From Dictyostelium discoideum (Eukaryota), in the NCBI GenBank assembly GCA_000004695.1, contig CM000154.2, positions 4,992,001-5,056,000 on the forward strand: a DNA stretch of 64,000 nt, given 5' to 3'. The first letter of the stretch is position 1. Every line of letters starts with the position of its first letter. This document shows, piece after piece, positions 45,912-61,786 of this stretch. The notes beneath the pieces were generated by a model. That model had not been told where the DNA came from and ran no database searches. It saw nothing but the letters and a program-made list of their open reading frames with translations. The position numbers were made by a program, and so were the translations under genes.

Positions 45912-47386
45912 TATGTTGATGAGAAATATCATCACAAGTATCAATACAACAACTACTATTATTTAAATTAAAATTACCACTATTAAGATCATTATAGAGG
46001 AAATGATGATCTTTATCACCAATCATTAATTGTTTATGTAGTTCATGAGAGTAAGCACAAAGCACATAAGGTGTTTCAGGTGGTAAAGTTTTAAATAGTG
46101 TTTCAATGACATCTTCATAGGTTGATGGATTATTTTCAGCCAATAAAGTGGGGAAACCCTTTAAGAATTGATCAGCAATACTTGACCAAGATAATGTATT
46201 CTTTATTCTACAAAATGAAGGTTCATAAGATGGATTCTTACTAATTAGATAGTAACCTCTTGGTCTGTTAGTTTCATTATCCAATGCTTTCATTGATTCC
46301 CATAATACTTCAACCGGTACCCAATGTGGTGAATATTTAAATCTGGCAACATCCAAAACCAATGCTAAATCTCTTTCTTTATGGTATCCACCAATGGGTG
46401 AATAATGACCAGACCCCGTTTGACCTAAAACCTTTCTACTATATGACATTACCAAATGAATACCTTGTTTACTTGAAGCCTCTATAATACTATTTCTAAA
46501 TTGATTGATATCACTCTCATCACCTCTATAGGGTTTAATATTTGCACCATTACATTTGGATAAACATGAAAACTCTGTAAATGTAATACCTCTCTTCTTT
46601 ACCGATTCAATTGGTATACAACAATCTAACATATCCTCTGCAAACCATCTCCATGGTCCTTTCCATAATCTATTTGGATCAATCTTTAATGCATTTAATA
46701 CCATTGCTAATGTTGCTAATCCACAAACTAATTTCAAAAAAAAAAATAATAATAAAATATATATATATATATATGTGGGTTAATAATTCTTCAATGACAC
46801 ATATGTGTTAAAAATAATAGTATCTATCTAATAACTTACAAGCTGGATCACTTTGAGATACAAATTGTTCAGCTAAAGAGAAATAACCTTCCATATGACC
46901 ATTTGCTAAGGATTCTCTAAATAATTTTTTACCTTCGTCTGAAGAAAACTCTACCAAATGTGATGGTAAATTTCTTTTATAAAAACTAACAACTGGCTTT
47001 TGTTGAGTGGTAGTTATTTGTTGTTGTACTGGTTGTAGTAGTGTTGGAGGTGGTGGTGGTGGATTTGGCGCTTGTGCGCTATTACAACTACTACATGAAA
47101 TATTTGTTGTTATAATTTTTGTAGGTGATATTGATGATGATGATGATGATTTTATTGCTGGTGCTGCACTTGAAAAATTTATTCCACCATTTTCTTTATT
47201 TATATTTATTTGTTTAAAAAGGTTTGTAATTCCATTACTATTATTATTATTATTATTATTATTATTGTTATTATTATTACTACTATTGTTTGAACTGAAA
47301 TTTGCTGCCAATTGTTTCGAAGTGTTCCCACAATAACAACTATTTGTACACCTTTTTAATTGTCTTACAAGCAATTGACCATTCAT
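45394..47386 (-). CDS. Phytochelatin synthase (glutathione gamma-glutamylcysteinyltransferase). Exons 47386..46840 and 46727..45397, 626 aa.
   Basis: FYKRNLPSHLVEFSSDEGKKLFRESLANGHMEGYFSLAEQFVSQSDPAF|CGLATLAMVLNALKIDPNRLWKGPWRWF...HYSPIGGYH...LVLDVARFKYSPHWVPVEVLWESM aligns with Arabidopsis PCS1 through the Cys-His-Asp catalytic domain. Intron from GTAAGT (46839) to TTAG (46728), phase 1. It sits within the DPA-x-CG motif, giving Phe where the plant enzyme has Tyr. Confidence 0.8.
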
Positions 47387-47450
47387 TTTTTTTTTTTTTT
47401 TTTCTTTAGTGCTATTAATTCAAAATAATTATTTTTCTGTTTTAAAATGT

Positions 47451-47499
<49 letters not shown>

Positions 47500-47545
47500 T
47501 TAAAAAAAATTAAAATAAAAAAAAAATTTTATAAAAATTAAAATT

Positions 47546-47580
<35 letters not shown>

Positions 47581-48434
47581 ACACCGCATCGTTTAGAATC
47601 AAAATCTTCTTCCATTTCTGTTTTTGTTTTTTTTTTTTTTTAACAAAAGTTTTTTTTTTTTTTTGTTGACCGATTTTTTGGGAACCTTTTTTTTTTTTTA
47701 TTTTTTTATTTGGATTGATAAATATATTAATATATTATTCTGATTATGATTATTAAAAAAAAAAAAAAAAAAAAAGTTATGTTTTTCCATTTAAAAAATA
47801 AAACATTGATGAAAACATTCAAATCTGACACAAAAAAAAAAAAAAAAAAAATATTTCATTTTTTTTTTTTTTCACACTAAAATTAAAATAGTATAAAAAA
47901 AATAGAGCATTAAAAAATACACGAAATGATTTTAAATAAAAAAAAAAAAGTAACAATATTTTGAATTTTTTTTATTTTTTTTATTTTTTTTTAATTATTT
48001 GTCATTCACCCGAAATTAATTCACCCAAAGAAAAGTTGATTAAAAAATAAAATAAAATATGAATATTTTTTCACAGATATCTGCCTGGGTATTTTTGACT
48101 TTTTATATTTTTTTTGGTTTTAACCAAATAAAAATATGATTTCTTAAAAATGAAAAAAATAATTTCGGGCTTGACCAAATTCAAAGTTTATGATTTTAAA
48201 AAAAAATCTAGACCAGGAAAAAAAAAATAAAAAATTTAAAAAAAAAATAAAAAAAACAAAAAGAAACTTTGAAGGAAAATCTTTGGTCGTCATTTTATTT
48301 TTTTCGAAACCATGCTTAAAATTTTTTTTATTTTTATTTTTTTTTTCTAAACAAAATCAAGTTTTAAACTATTTTTTTTTTTTTTTTTTTTTTAATTTTC
48401 TTTTGTTATTATTTTTTTAACATTTATTTTTACA

Positions 48435-49278
48435 ATGTTCAAAACTCTTTCAAAATCTATTGGTTTTTTAGTTGCAATTATTGCCTTAGTTAAAGGTGAT
48501 ACTTACACATGTAGTCAAATGCAATCATTGGCCGAAGGTTATTTCAGAGGTCCAACTCTAACCACTATGGTATATCATCAATTTATTTAATAATAGTAAT
48601 AATAACAATAACAATAACAATAATCAAAAGGTTTTAACATTAATTTTTTATAAAAACGAAAAAAAAAAAAAAAATCTATTTTTGGAATATTGAAATATAA
48701 AAATAAAAAATAAAAAATATAAAAATATAAAAATATAAAAATATAAAAAAATATAAAGCTTTGTATTTCATATTATGAATCAACATATAATACTCAAGCC
48801 ATTAACCCAACATCAAAAGCTGCAGGTTTATTCCAAATTCTCCCAGAACATTGTGGTGAATTATGTAAAACTTGTACAACTCCAAGTGATTTATTAAATC
48901 CAACTATTAATACTGAATGTGCTAAATCAATTTTAAATTCTCAAGGTGTAAGTGTTAAAAAAAAAAAAGATGGAAATTAAAAAAAAAGTTAAAATATTAT
49001 AATTAATATTTATTAATATTTATTATTATTATTATTTACTATAGTTCAAAGCATGGACAACTTATGCATCAGGAGATTGTAAAAATTGGAATAAATGTGT
49101 TGCACCAAGTGCTTCAACACATGCAGCATCAACTCATGGCTCAACAGGACCATCAACTCATGGCTCAACAACTCATGGCTCAACAACTTCAACTACATAT
49201 ACATCAGGTGCATCAAGTGGTTTGTTTGATTTCAAAGCAAACAATGGTGGTGGACAAGATATGGTCAAATATTTTTAA
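48435..49278 (+). CDS. Secreted SLT-domain (lytic transglycosylase / goose-type-lysozyme-like) protein with a Ser/Thr-rich tail. Exons 48435..48569, 48759..48947 and 49045..49278, about 185 aa.
   Basis: Signal peptide [21 protein letters not shown]. The catalytic-region pattern [24 protein letters not shown] matches the SLT/GEWL motif E-S-x-[FY]-N-x-x-A-x-S-x-x-G-A-x-G-L-[MF]-Q. The later AWTTYASG fits AYNAG. Introns run GTATAT to AAAG and GTAAGT to TATAG, both phase 0. Confidence 0.55.
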
Positions 49279-49379
49279 TTTATTTAATTATAAAATTTTT
49301 ATAATAACTTGTAAAAAAAATAAAATAATAATTATCCAGATTTTTAAATAATTATTATCCATATTTTTGGAATTTTTTC

Positions 49380-49419
<40 letters not shown>

Positions 49420-49463
49420 CATTTTTAAAAAAAAGTGAACAAATTAATTTACTACTCTTGCAT

Positions 49464-49678
49464 TTATTTTTTATTTTTATTTCCCTGAAGTAATATGAAT
49501 GTTTGTTCTTTATTTTTTTCAGAGTCGTATTTTTTGTTAAAGAATTTTTTAAAATTTTCATTATAACACCAATTAATTTTTGATCTATAAATTAAAGCCT
49601 CTATTATTTTTGCAGTACTTTCTTCCACATTTTTTAAATACTGGAATTCATTTCCACCTAATACTCTATAAAAAAAAA

Positions 49679-49757
<79 letters not shown>

Positions 49758-50541
49758 GTATTAAAATTAATAAAAATAATAATAATAATACAAAAAAATA
49801 AATGAATATTTAATTAATTAATAGGTTAGTTAGTTACCTTGAACCACCACCACCACATGTATCAAAATAATAATCAGCTAAAAATCTATTTTCAACGAAT
49901 TGATCATTTCTTTTCCTTTCTATATTAAAAATATTAATATCTGTTCTTTTAATTTGTGAAATTAGTTCTAAACACCTTAAAACCAATCTATCTCTACATT
50001 TAATCAATTGAAATAATTTTTCATTTTCATTATCTTCAAATAGTTCTTGATTTGATATAAAATTAATTACTTCACTTTGAATTATTCTATTGAAAGTTAA
50101 TTGTTGTTCTGATTTTATTTCAGATAATTGTAAAACTTGAAGTCTTAATTCATCATTTATATCATCAATTCTCTTTAATTCATTTTCATAATTTTCATCT
50201 TTATCATAATCAACCTTGATTTGCTCTGATTCTACTTCTACTTCTTCATATAATTCTTCTTCTTCTTCTACTTCTTCCTGTTCTTCTACTTCTGCTTCTA
50301 TTTCTTCTTGATTATTAGCAGATTTTAAATATTTTAATTTTTTTGATTCAATTTGTAATTGACCTAAAATTGAGAGTTTTTGATTTTCTAAATTTAAAAT
50401 TGATTCAGTGCCTCTTGATAACTCTGTTATTCCCCTTTTGAGTTGAATCTTATTTGCACCTACTTTTGCATTTAATACTGTTTTTAATATTCTCTTTGAG
50501 GTAATTTTGATATTCTTTATGTCTTCTTCGTTATGATTCAT
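49464..50541 (-). CDS. Hypothetical acidic coiled-coil protein. Exons 50541..49838 and 49665..49467, about 301 aa.
   Basis: ORF 49834..50595, with its true ATG at 50541, ends at FDTCGGGGS followed by GTAACT. After a 172-nt intron containing (AAT)n, a clean TATAG acceptor at 49666 opens a 66-codon stop-free exon RVLGGNEFQYLKNVEESTAKIIEALIYRSKINWCYNENFKKFFNKKYDSEKNKEQTFILLQGNKNKK. That exon is absent from the ORF track. Confidence 0.45.
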
Positions 50542-50551
50542 TGATATTTTG

Positions 50552-50593
<42 letters not shown>

Positions 50594-51000
50594 AAATGGG
50601 ATGATTAAAAAAAAAAATTATTTAATTTAAATTTAATTAATTTAATTTAATTTAATTTAATTTAACCTTTTTTTTTTTAATTTTTTTTTGGGAAAAGGGG
50701 AGGGGAGGGTTGTCCACAATCAAAATTTTTTATTTAAAATTTTTTTTTTTTTTTATTTAAAAATTTTTTTTTTGGTTTTTTTTTAATATTTTTTTTTTTT
50801 TTTTTATCATTCTCATTTAACACACTCACACACCCAGCAAAATTTTTAAATAAACAGGCGTTGCAAAATTATAGTTGTTAAATAATTGTTTTGTTATTAT
50901 TAATTAAAAACACAATTAATAATATAACAATAACAATCAACAATCAACATAATCGCAAATAAATAGTAGTAGTAGTAGTAGTAGAAGTAGTAGAAGGAAT

Positions 51001-53875
<2,875 letters not shown>

Positions 53876-53978
53876 TAAAATAAAAAAAAGTAATAATAAA
53901 AGTTAATAATAAAATAGAAAAACAAAATAAAATAAAATTAGTTTTTATGAACCAATTTTGGTTAACTTTTATTTTAAA

Positions 53979-54891
53979 TTAATCCCTTTCACATGAAATA
54001 CTAAATAATCTATCAAAATTACTTGGAAAATTTGTATTAAAATTAGCTTTGCCTACCAATGTTAAAAATGATGCTTTAGTTTTCTTTTTTGATTTTTTTG
54101 TTGTTGTTGTTGTAGAATTTGAGTTTTCAGGTATTGAATCATTATCATAATAAAGATATTCATTTAATTCTTCTTTTCTCTCAATTGAAAGCATTTGAGA
54201 TTCAACATCACATTTAGCTTTTAAACAATTTGATTGATGGTCCCTAAACAGGGCCAATCTTTTATCACATTCTTTTAAAATATCATAAAGTTCTCTTTCT
54301 TTCACTATGGTTAATGCCTGTATTTCTCTAAATAACTTATACTCTATTATTTCTTTTTCATAAATTTTTATAAATTGTTCTCTTAACTTTTCGCATATAT
54401 AAATAAAATTTTCATTATCTTGATTATTGTTTTCTTCATCTTCTAATGATTCACTATAAATTCAAAAAAAAAAAAGGATATAAATAATTAACCATCAAAA
54501 TATTAATATATTAAATATAAAAAAAAAAAAAAAAATAAAATAAAATTATCACTAACATTTTTTCATTTATACATTCAACTAAAGTTTTAAAAATATCTGT
54601 AATTTGACGATTCTCTTTAATATTTTTATAAAATTGAGAATTAAGAACATTTTCATTTCCATTTTCTTTTTTTTTTTTATTGTTATTTTTATTGTTATTT
54701 TTATTCATATCTTTGTTTTTATTTTTATTCATATCTTTATTTTTATTTTTATCTTTATTTTTATTTTGATTTTTATCTTTATTTTTATCTTCTAAAAATT
54801 CCTCATCTTGATTTTCATCTTGATTTTCTGGCTCTAATTCTTTTTCATATTCACTATGCTTTCGTTTTTTATTGTTTGTTCTTTTGCTCAT
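53979..54891 (-). CDS. Hypothetical protein, about 269 aa, with a K/N/D-rich N-terminus. Exons 54891..54557 and 54453..53982.
   Basis: Two same-frame-compatible ORFs join through a GTTAGT donor (54556) and a TTTATAG acceptor (54454), phase 2. The donor is a non-consensus variant, so the junction is tentative. There are no family motifs. Confidence 0.4.
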
Positions 54892-54968
54892 ATCCCTAAC
54901 CAATTAAAAAAAAGAAAAAAAAAAAAAAATTGAAATGAAATAAAAATAAAAAAAAATATTTAAATGAA

Positions 54969-55002
<34 letters not shown>

Positions 55003-55491
55003 TGAAATCTCAGATTTGGGAAAAAAATTGAAACAAAAAAAAAAGAAATAAAACAAATTGACAATAAATAAAAGAATCTGAATTTGGTAATAACTAATGG
55101 GAATATTGCTAAAAACTTATTTCAAAAAAAAAAAAAATATTTTTTTTGAATTAAAATGGTTTATTAATTATATTTTTATTTTTTTAACAGTTCAATTTCT
55201 ATTTTTAGATTTTTGGTGCCATTAATATTAATTGATTTATATTAATGATAAAATTTTAATTTTTTAATTTTTTTTTTTTTTTTGTTCATAGAACTGTTAT
55301 TTTGTCTTCTTCAGCTAAAGGTTTTCGAATTTTTTTTTTTTTTTTTTTTATTATTATTAAGATAAAATTTTAATTTACACAATTGTGTGTTTGGTTGAAT
55401 AATTAATAAAGTTTATATTTTTTTTTAATTTATTATTTTTAGGTTTGTGTGGAATGTCGAAAAGAACATTATAAAAAAAAAAAATGTAAAT

Positions 55492-55528
<37 letters not shown>

Positions 55529-55546
55529 AAAAAAAAAAAAAAAAAA

Positions 55547-56311
55547 ATGAAAAGATTTTTATTTAATTTAAAAACCACAACATTTCAAAGGAGCTTCAAT
55601 AATCGATTACTATTTCCAATAAATAATATTTATATTAGTAATAATAATAATAATATTTGTATTAATTTAAACAACAACAACAATAATAATAATAATAATA
55701 ATAAAAGACATTATTGTAATAATAAAATGAATTTATCAGAAGATGAATGGAGAGTTAAACTTACACCAGCTCAATTTAAAGTATTGAGAGAAAAAGGTAC
55801 AGAAAGACCAGATAGTGGTGAATATAATAAAAACTATGAAAAAGGTGTTTATAATTGTGCTGCTTGTGATACTCCATTATTCAAATCTGAACATAAATTT
55901 TCCTCAGGTTGTGGATGGCCATCTTTTTATGATTCTATTCCAGGTGCTTTAGTACTTCATGAAGATCCATCACTTCCTGGTAGACCAAGAACTGAAATTT
56001 GTTGTGCAAAATGTGTAAGTAAAAAAAAAAGAAAAAAAAAAGAAAAAAAAATACATCTTTATTAATATTTTATATAAATTTTATAATCAATTATATAGGG
56101 TTCCCATATGGGTCATGTATTTAAGGTATGTGATTTTTATTTTATTTATTGTTTTTTTTTTTTTTAAAAAAAAAAATATTAAATATGTCCAATATATTTA
56201 CATTTATTATTATTATTATTATTATTATTTTAGGGAGAGAAATTTAATACACCAATTGATCAAAGACATTGTGTTAATTCAATTTCTTTAAAATTCCTTC
56301 CAAAAAAATAG
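55547..56311 (+). CDS. msrB: Peptide methionine-R-sulfoxide reductase MsrB (SelR domain) with an N-terminal extension that may be an organellar presequence. Exons 55547..56014, 56099..56125 and 56234..56311.
   Basis: WRVKLTPAQFKVLREKGTERPDSGEYNKNYEKGVYNCAACDTPLFKSEHKFSSGCGWPSF...RTEICCAKC|GSHMGHVFK|GEKFNTPIDQRHCVNSISLKF matches the MsrB CxxC...CxxC zinc site and the RxCxN catalytic motif. Introns GTAAGT to TATAG and GTATGT to TTTAG, both phase 0. The start could instead be the internal Met (MNLSEDEW). Confidence 0.75.
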
Positions 56312-57085
56312 AGTTTCAATAAAATAGAAAATTAGTAATTAGAGAAACGAGGTTTGGTGATTATTTTTTTTTTTTTTAATCATTCCTTTTTTTCAATTAT
56401 CAGTGTTATTATTATTATTATTTTTTTTATGTATATTTTTTTAATTTCCATTTTAATATCCAAAATTAAAAACTCCTGATGACAATAATTAAAATAATAC
56501 CAGTACCCTTATTAGTTTTATAATTCCAATAAGTGGTTTAAATTAAATTAAAAAAATAAATGAATATTATATTCAATGGAATTTATTTTTAATTTATTTT
56601 CCTTTCTTTTTGTCTACCAATTTTAATTAAATATTTTAATTTGGTCAAATAATTATTATTATAATTTGTATTATGACTATTTCACTAAATTATAATAAAA
56701 AAAAAAATAGTTTGGCTTGTTTTGAATTTTTTTATTCTATTAAATATTATTAAATATTAATTAATAAATATAATAAAATAAAGTTAAAATAAAAATTAAA
56801 ACTAAAGTTCAAAAAGATTTTGTAAAATTAGAAATAAGAGAATCGGATAATATAAATAGAATTGAAATGAAATTCTAAAAATAGTTTTAAAAAAAAAAAA
56901 AAAAGAAAAAAAAAATTGTGGTAATAGGGGTTGGAAATAAAAAAAATAAAAAAAAAATAAAAAAAAAAAATAAAAAAAATTTTGGGAATAAAAAATTAAA
57001 TTCCTTTTTTTTTTTTTTTTTATTTTTTTTTTTTTAATACTTTTATTTTTTTTCTATTTTTTAAAACCTCTCATTAAATTGAGAA

Positions 57086-57922
57086 ATGTCAACACCATTC
57101 AATATTAGTAATAGTATTAATATAAATTATCCAAATAATCTAAATAGTCATACTATTGATAATAATAATAATAATAATAATAATGAAGATTTAAACTCAT
57201 TATATCCACCAAATAACCATCATCACTATACTATTAGTACAAGTCCTAGTACTAGTTCATTCTTTCCAATAACATATACAACAAGTAATAGTACTAATAG
57301 TAATACTAATAATAATAGCAATAGCAATAATAATCAAAATGGAAGTAGTATAAATATTAGTATTAGTAATGGTGGTCAAATTTTATCAGGATCCTCACCA
57401 AATAATCATAACAATATTAATATTAATAATAATAATATTAATAATAATATTAATAATAATAATAATAATACATCATTAAATGGTGGCTATTTTAGTAGTA
57501 GATTAAATAATAATTTAGATTTTAAAAGTTATGTTGGCCAAAGGATTCAAACAATTCAAAATAATAATCTATCATCATCATCACACTTGACACCAACAAG
57601 AAATAATAATAATGAAAATGAAAATGCTTCAAATTCTATAAATGGTGTAATTAGTAGTCATGATAATCATCAAGGATCATTATTATATCAATCAAATATA
57701 TTTAGAGATGGTTTTGGTACATTCTTAAAATCATCCTACTTTAGTGATGTAACTATCATTGCAAATGAAAGAAAATATTTTCTTCATAAAGTTATTTTAG
57801 CTCATTCTTCACAATTTTTCTCTGATCATTTCGATCAACAAGAACCAATTGAAATAAATAATAACTCAAATGATACTCCTTCTTCCTCTTCTCCACCAAT
57901 AAATAATAAAAATAATAATAAC

Positions 57923-58001
<79 letters not shown>

Positions 58002-59982
58002 TATTAACAACATCAACAAATAATAATAATAGTAATATTAATACAAGTAATAATAATAATGGATATTTTAATTATCTTGGTAATAATACCTATGAATTAA
58101 AGGGTGGTTTATTTTTAGAATTTTTTGAATTGGTTGTAATTTATATGTATGAGGGTAAAGTTAATCTTACACCAAAGAATGCTTTACCAATTTTATGGCT
58201 TTCAAATACATATTCAATTAGAGGTTTAAAAAAAGTTACAACATTTTATTTAACAAGTTCAATCACAAAAGAGAATGCTTTATCAATGTTAAATAAAGCA
58301 ATCAATATTGATTCTGAAGATTTGGTTTCAAAATGTATTACTGTAATTTGTAAACATTTTAATCAAATTATATTACCAAATTCATTTTATAAATTATATT
58401 TAAATCAACAACAAAATAATAATAATAATAATAATAATAGTAATCAATTAATTTTACCAAACTTTGGTAGTGGTCATAGTCGTAATAATAGTTATAATGT
58501 AGATGAAAATAATAATAATAATAATAATTCAAATAATAATGATACTCAACATACATCAAATTCTGATGAATCATTTGTACATTCTGTAGATGATAATAAT
58601 AATTCAAATAATAATGATGAATTATCTACTACAACAACTACAACTACTACAACTACTACGACTACTACTACATCAACAAATACAAATACATCATCAATAC
58701 CAATTTTAATAACACCATCAACAGATAAACAAATTAATTATCAAATTTTAAAGGATAGTGAAAAATCATTAGACCCAAATACAATTAATACTATACCGGA
58801 ATTATTATCATTACCTTTAAATATTATGATTAGATTAATGAAACAAAATAATTTATCAGTTTCAAATGAATCAATAGTTTATAAGACAGTTTTAAAATAT
58901 ATTCAATATAATAGATCAAATTTATTGGAAAAAGATATTTGTTCTTTATTTGAAGTCGTCAGATTCCCATTGTTTTCATATCAACAACTTGAAGAACTTG
59001 GTGATACATCAATGGTTCCATCATTCTTAATTACAGAGGCTTTATTGCAAAGATTAAAAATTCATGAAGGTCCAAAAGAAAAAGATTTAAAAGATCCAAC
59101 AAAGGATTCAAAAGATTTAAAAGAATCTTGTATCAGTAATGTTGGTAGTGGTGGTGGTGGTGGTGGTAATAGTGGTAGCAATAGTGGTAGTTCATTATCT
59201 GTATCAACTACAACTACCACTACTACAACAACAATAATAACAACATCATCATCATCATCATTAAATTTAAATAATCAATCTATCAATAATTTAAATATTC
59301 AAGATTGTGAAGAGGGTGGTAATTCATTAACACAGATGAGAAAAATACCAAGAACTGCTTATGCAACCTCTTTAGAGTATTCTTTTGATTTTGATACATT
59401 CGGTGTATTTTATTATATTGGTACAAATGGAGGTAAAGAAGAATGGTCTAATCCTGCTCTAAGAGGTAGAGTTAGAGTAGCTTGTTCTTCACAAGAAAAA
59501 GGTAGTGTAATTGATTGTTTCAATAGAACGAGCTCTGAATTTTGGTCAATGGATGTACCTGCCTCTTGGATTTCTGTTAATTTAGGTTCAAGTAGAACAA
59601 TGGTACCAACTTGTTACACTCTTAGACATGGTGGTAATAGTAAAGCTGATTGTTTAAGAAATTGGACTTTGCAAGGTTCCATGGATAGTAAAGTAAGTAA
59701 AAAAACTTTTTATTTAAAAAATTAAAATAAACAAATCCAACTAACAATAATTTTTTTTTTTTATATTTACAGAATTGGACAGTATTAGTTAGACATAGTA
59801 ATGATGCATCATTAAATGGTAATTTTAGTACTTGTTCTTGGCCAATACCCAATTGTACTCAAGCATATAGACATTTTAGAATTTTACAAACTGGAAGAAA
59901 TTCTTCAAATCATAACTTTTTATCAATATCTGGTATTGAATTTTATGGGGATTTATATGAAACAAGAGTTTCTCAAAATTAA
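57086..59982 (+). CDS. BTB/POZ-BACK domain protein with a long poly-Asn N-terminus and a C-terminal beta-sandwich domain (PHR- or discoidin-like, unassigned). Exons 57086..59692 and 59773..59982, about 938 aa.
   Basis: BTB: FSDVTIIANERKYFLHKVILAHSSQFFSDHF. BACK-like: LPLNIMIRLMKQNNLSVSNESIVYKTVLKYIQYN...VRFPLFSYQQLEEL. Intron GTAAGT (59693) to TTTACAG (59772), phase 0. The terminal exon is NWTVLVRHSNDASLNG...AYRHFRILQTGRNSSNHNFLSISGIEFYG. Confidence 0.7.
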
Positions 59983-60074
59983 AAAATAAAAAAAAAAACT
60001 GTATTATTATTATCATTTTAAAATCTTTTCTTTATTTTTTATTTATAAACAACAATAACTTTATACCAATATTG

Positions 60075-60106
<32 letters not shown>

Positions 60107-60147
60107 TATAATAATAATAATAATATATTTAAAATTTTATTGAGTTT

Positions 60148-60920
60148 TTACCATTTAATATTTAAAGCATTTGTAGTTTTTTCAATTCTATGATATTGAG
60201 TATGAAGGTTTGTTTTTGAATCAGTTGAAAAGCAACCATTTAACCAAGTGTTATAAATGTTTTGAACAGATTGATTATCGATTGGTTGACGAAAGATTAC
60301 ATTTTCATTATATTTCTCTTCAGAATCTAAAAGAATTGCTTTATTTTCTTTGATAGCATCAGATTTAATTTGACCACCACCATTTATACAACCAGAAGGA
60401 CAAGCCATAATTTCAACGAAATCATATTGAGAGTTTGTATCTTTTTTAGTTGTAATATTAGTTTTAATCTTTCTAACTATATTTTGAATATTTCTAAATC
60501 CATAAGCTTGAGCGAAATTTAAAACTTTTTTACCATCAATCTCTAATGAAACCTCTTTAAAGTCTTGATTTCTACCGATTTTATATTGAATTGGTTCAAC
60601 GATATCAACATTGAATAACTCTTTTGCAGCATATTTATAAATGAATTCTAAATAACCACCAGATGATCCATTAATACTATAGAATTGATTGGATGGTGAT
60701 AATTGAAAGAATTGCTCCTCGATAGAGTTATCCTCTTCCAATGATAGAAAATCGATTTCTTTCTCTTTAAATAGATCTAAAATTTCTGTTGTTGATAATA
60801 CACAATCCACATCTTTGGTTTTAAAAATATCATTATAAAAATCATTTCTAGATGCTTCCAATTTCTTATCATAACATGGCATAATTGTAACATGATATAT
60901 ATTTGATGGTTTAATTTTAC

Positions 60921-60963
<43 letters not shown>

Positions 60964-61313
60964 GGTATTGTTATCGAGTATCTTTTCAGTGAAATAATAT
61001 TTTACTAATGTTCCCATAATTTGTTGAGGTGATTTTGTAGTACTAATAAAAGGTAATATAAATTCACCATGAGTTTTTTCCGCATAACAAATCCAACCTG
61101 GACATGCTGATGATAACATTGGTAATGGAAAAGGTTCTAATTTACCTGTTTCTTCATCATTATTATTATTTATATATGTTTTTTTATATCTTGCTACAAA
61201 TTCTGCTGCTGATTCTAATAATGAAAAATCTCTACTAAAACTTGAATCAAATAAATAATTTATATTTAATTTTTTAAAAAATGTTTTTAATTTTTTTACT
61301 ACCTAAATTATTA

Positions 61314-61345
<32 letters not shown>

Positions 61346-61752
61346 GTTAGAATAATTAATAATAAAATAATAATAATAAATGAAATTTAAAATAAAATTT
61401 AATTTCTTACAGATAATGTTGAAATTTTAAAATGAGAAGCCAAAGAAGCTCTAGATTGTGGTGATAATGTTATTACAATTGTTTTCTTTTCATCTTGATT
61501 ATTATTACTATCATTATTATTATTTACATTTAACAAAAATTCTGAAATACTTTGAGCTGTAATTAAAACACTTTCAGCTGAAGTAATACATCCACTACAT
61601 GCTAAACAATCATTTAATGTGATGGTTGCTTTTTCTAATGATTTTTTAGTTCCATCTTCTGAAATTTCAACATACCTTCCATCTGACTCAATTTGAATTT
61701 TTGAATTTCCCTATTATTATAATTATTATTGTTAATATTTAAAATTGGTTTG

Positions 61753-61786
<34 letters not shown>

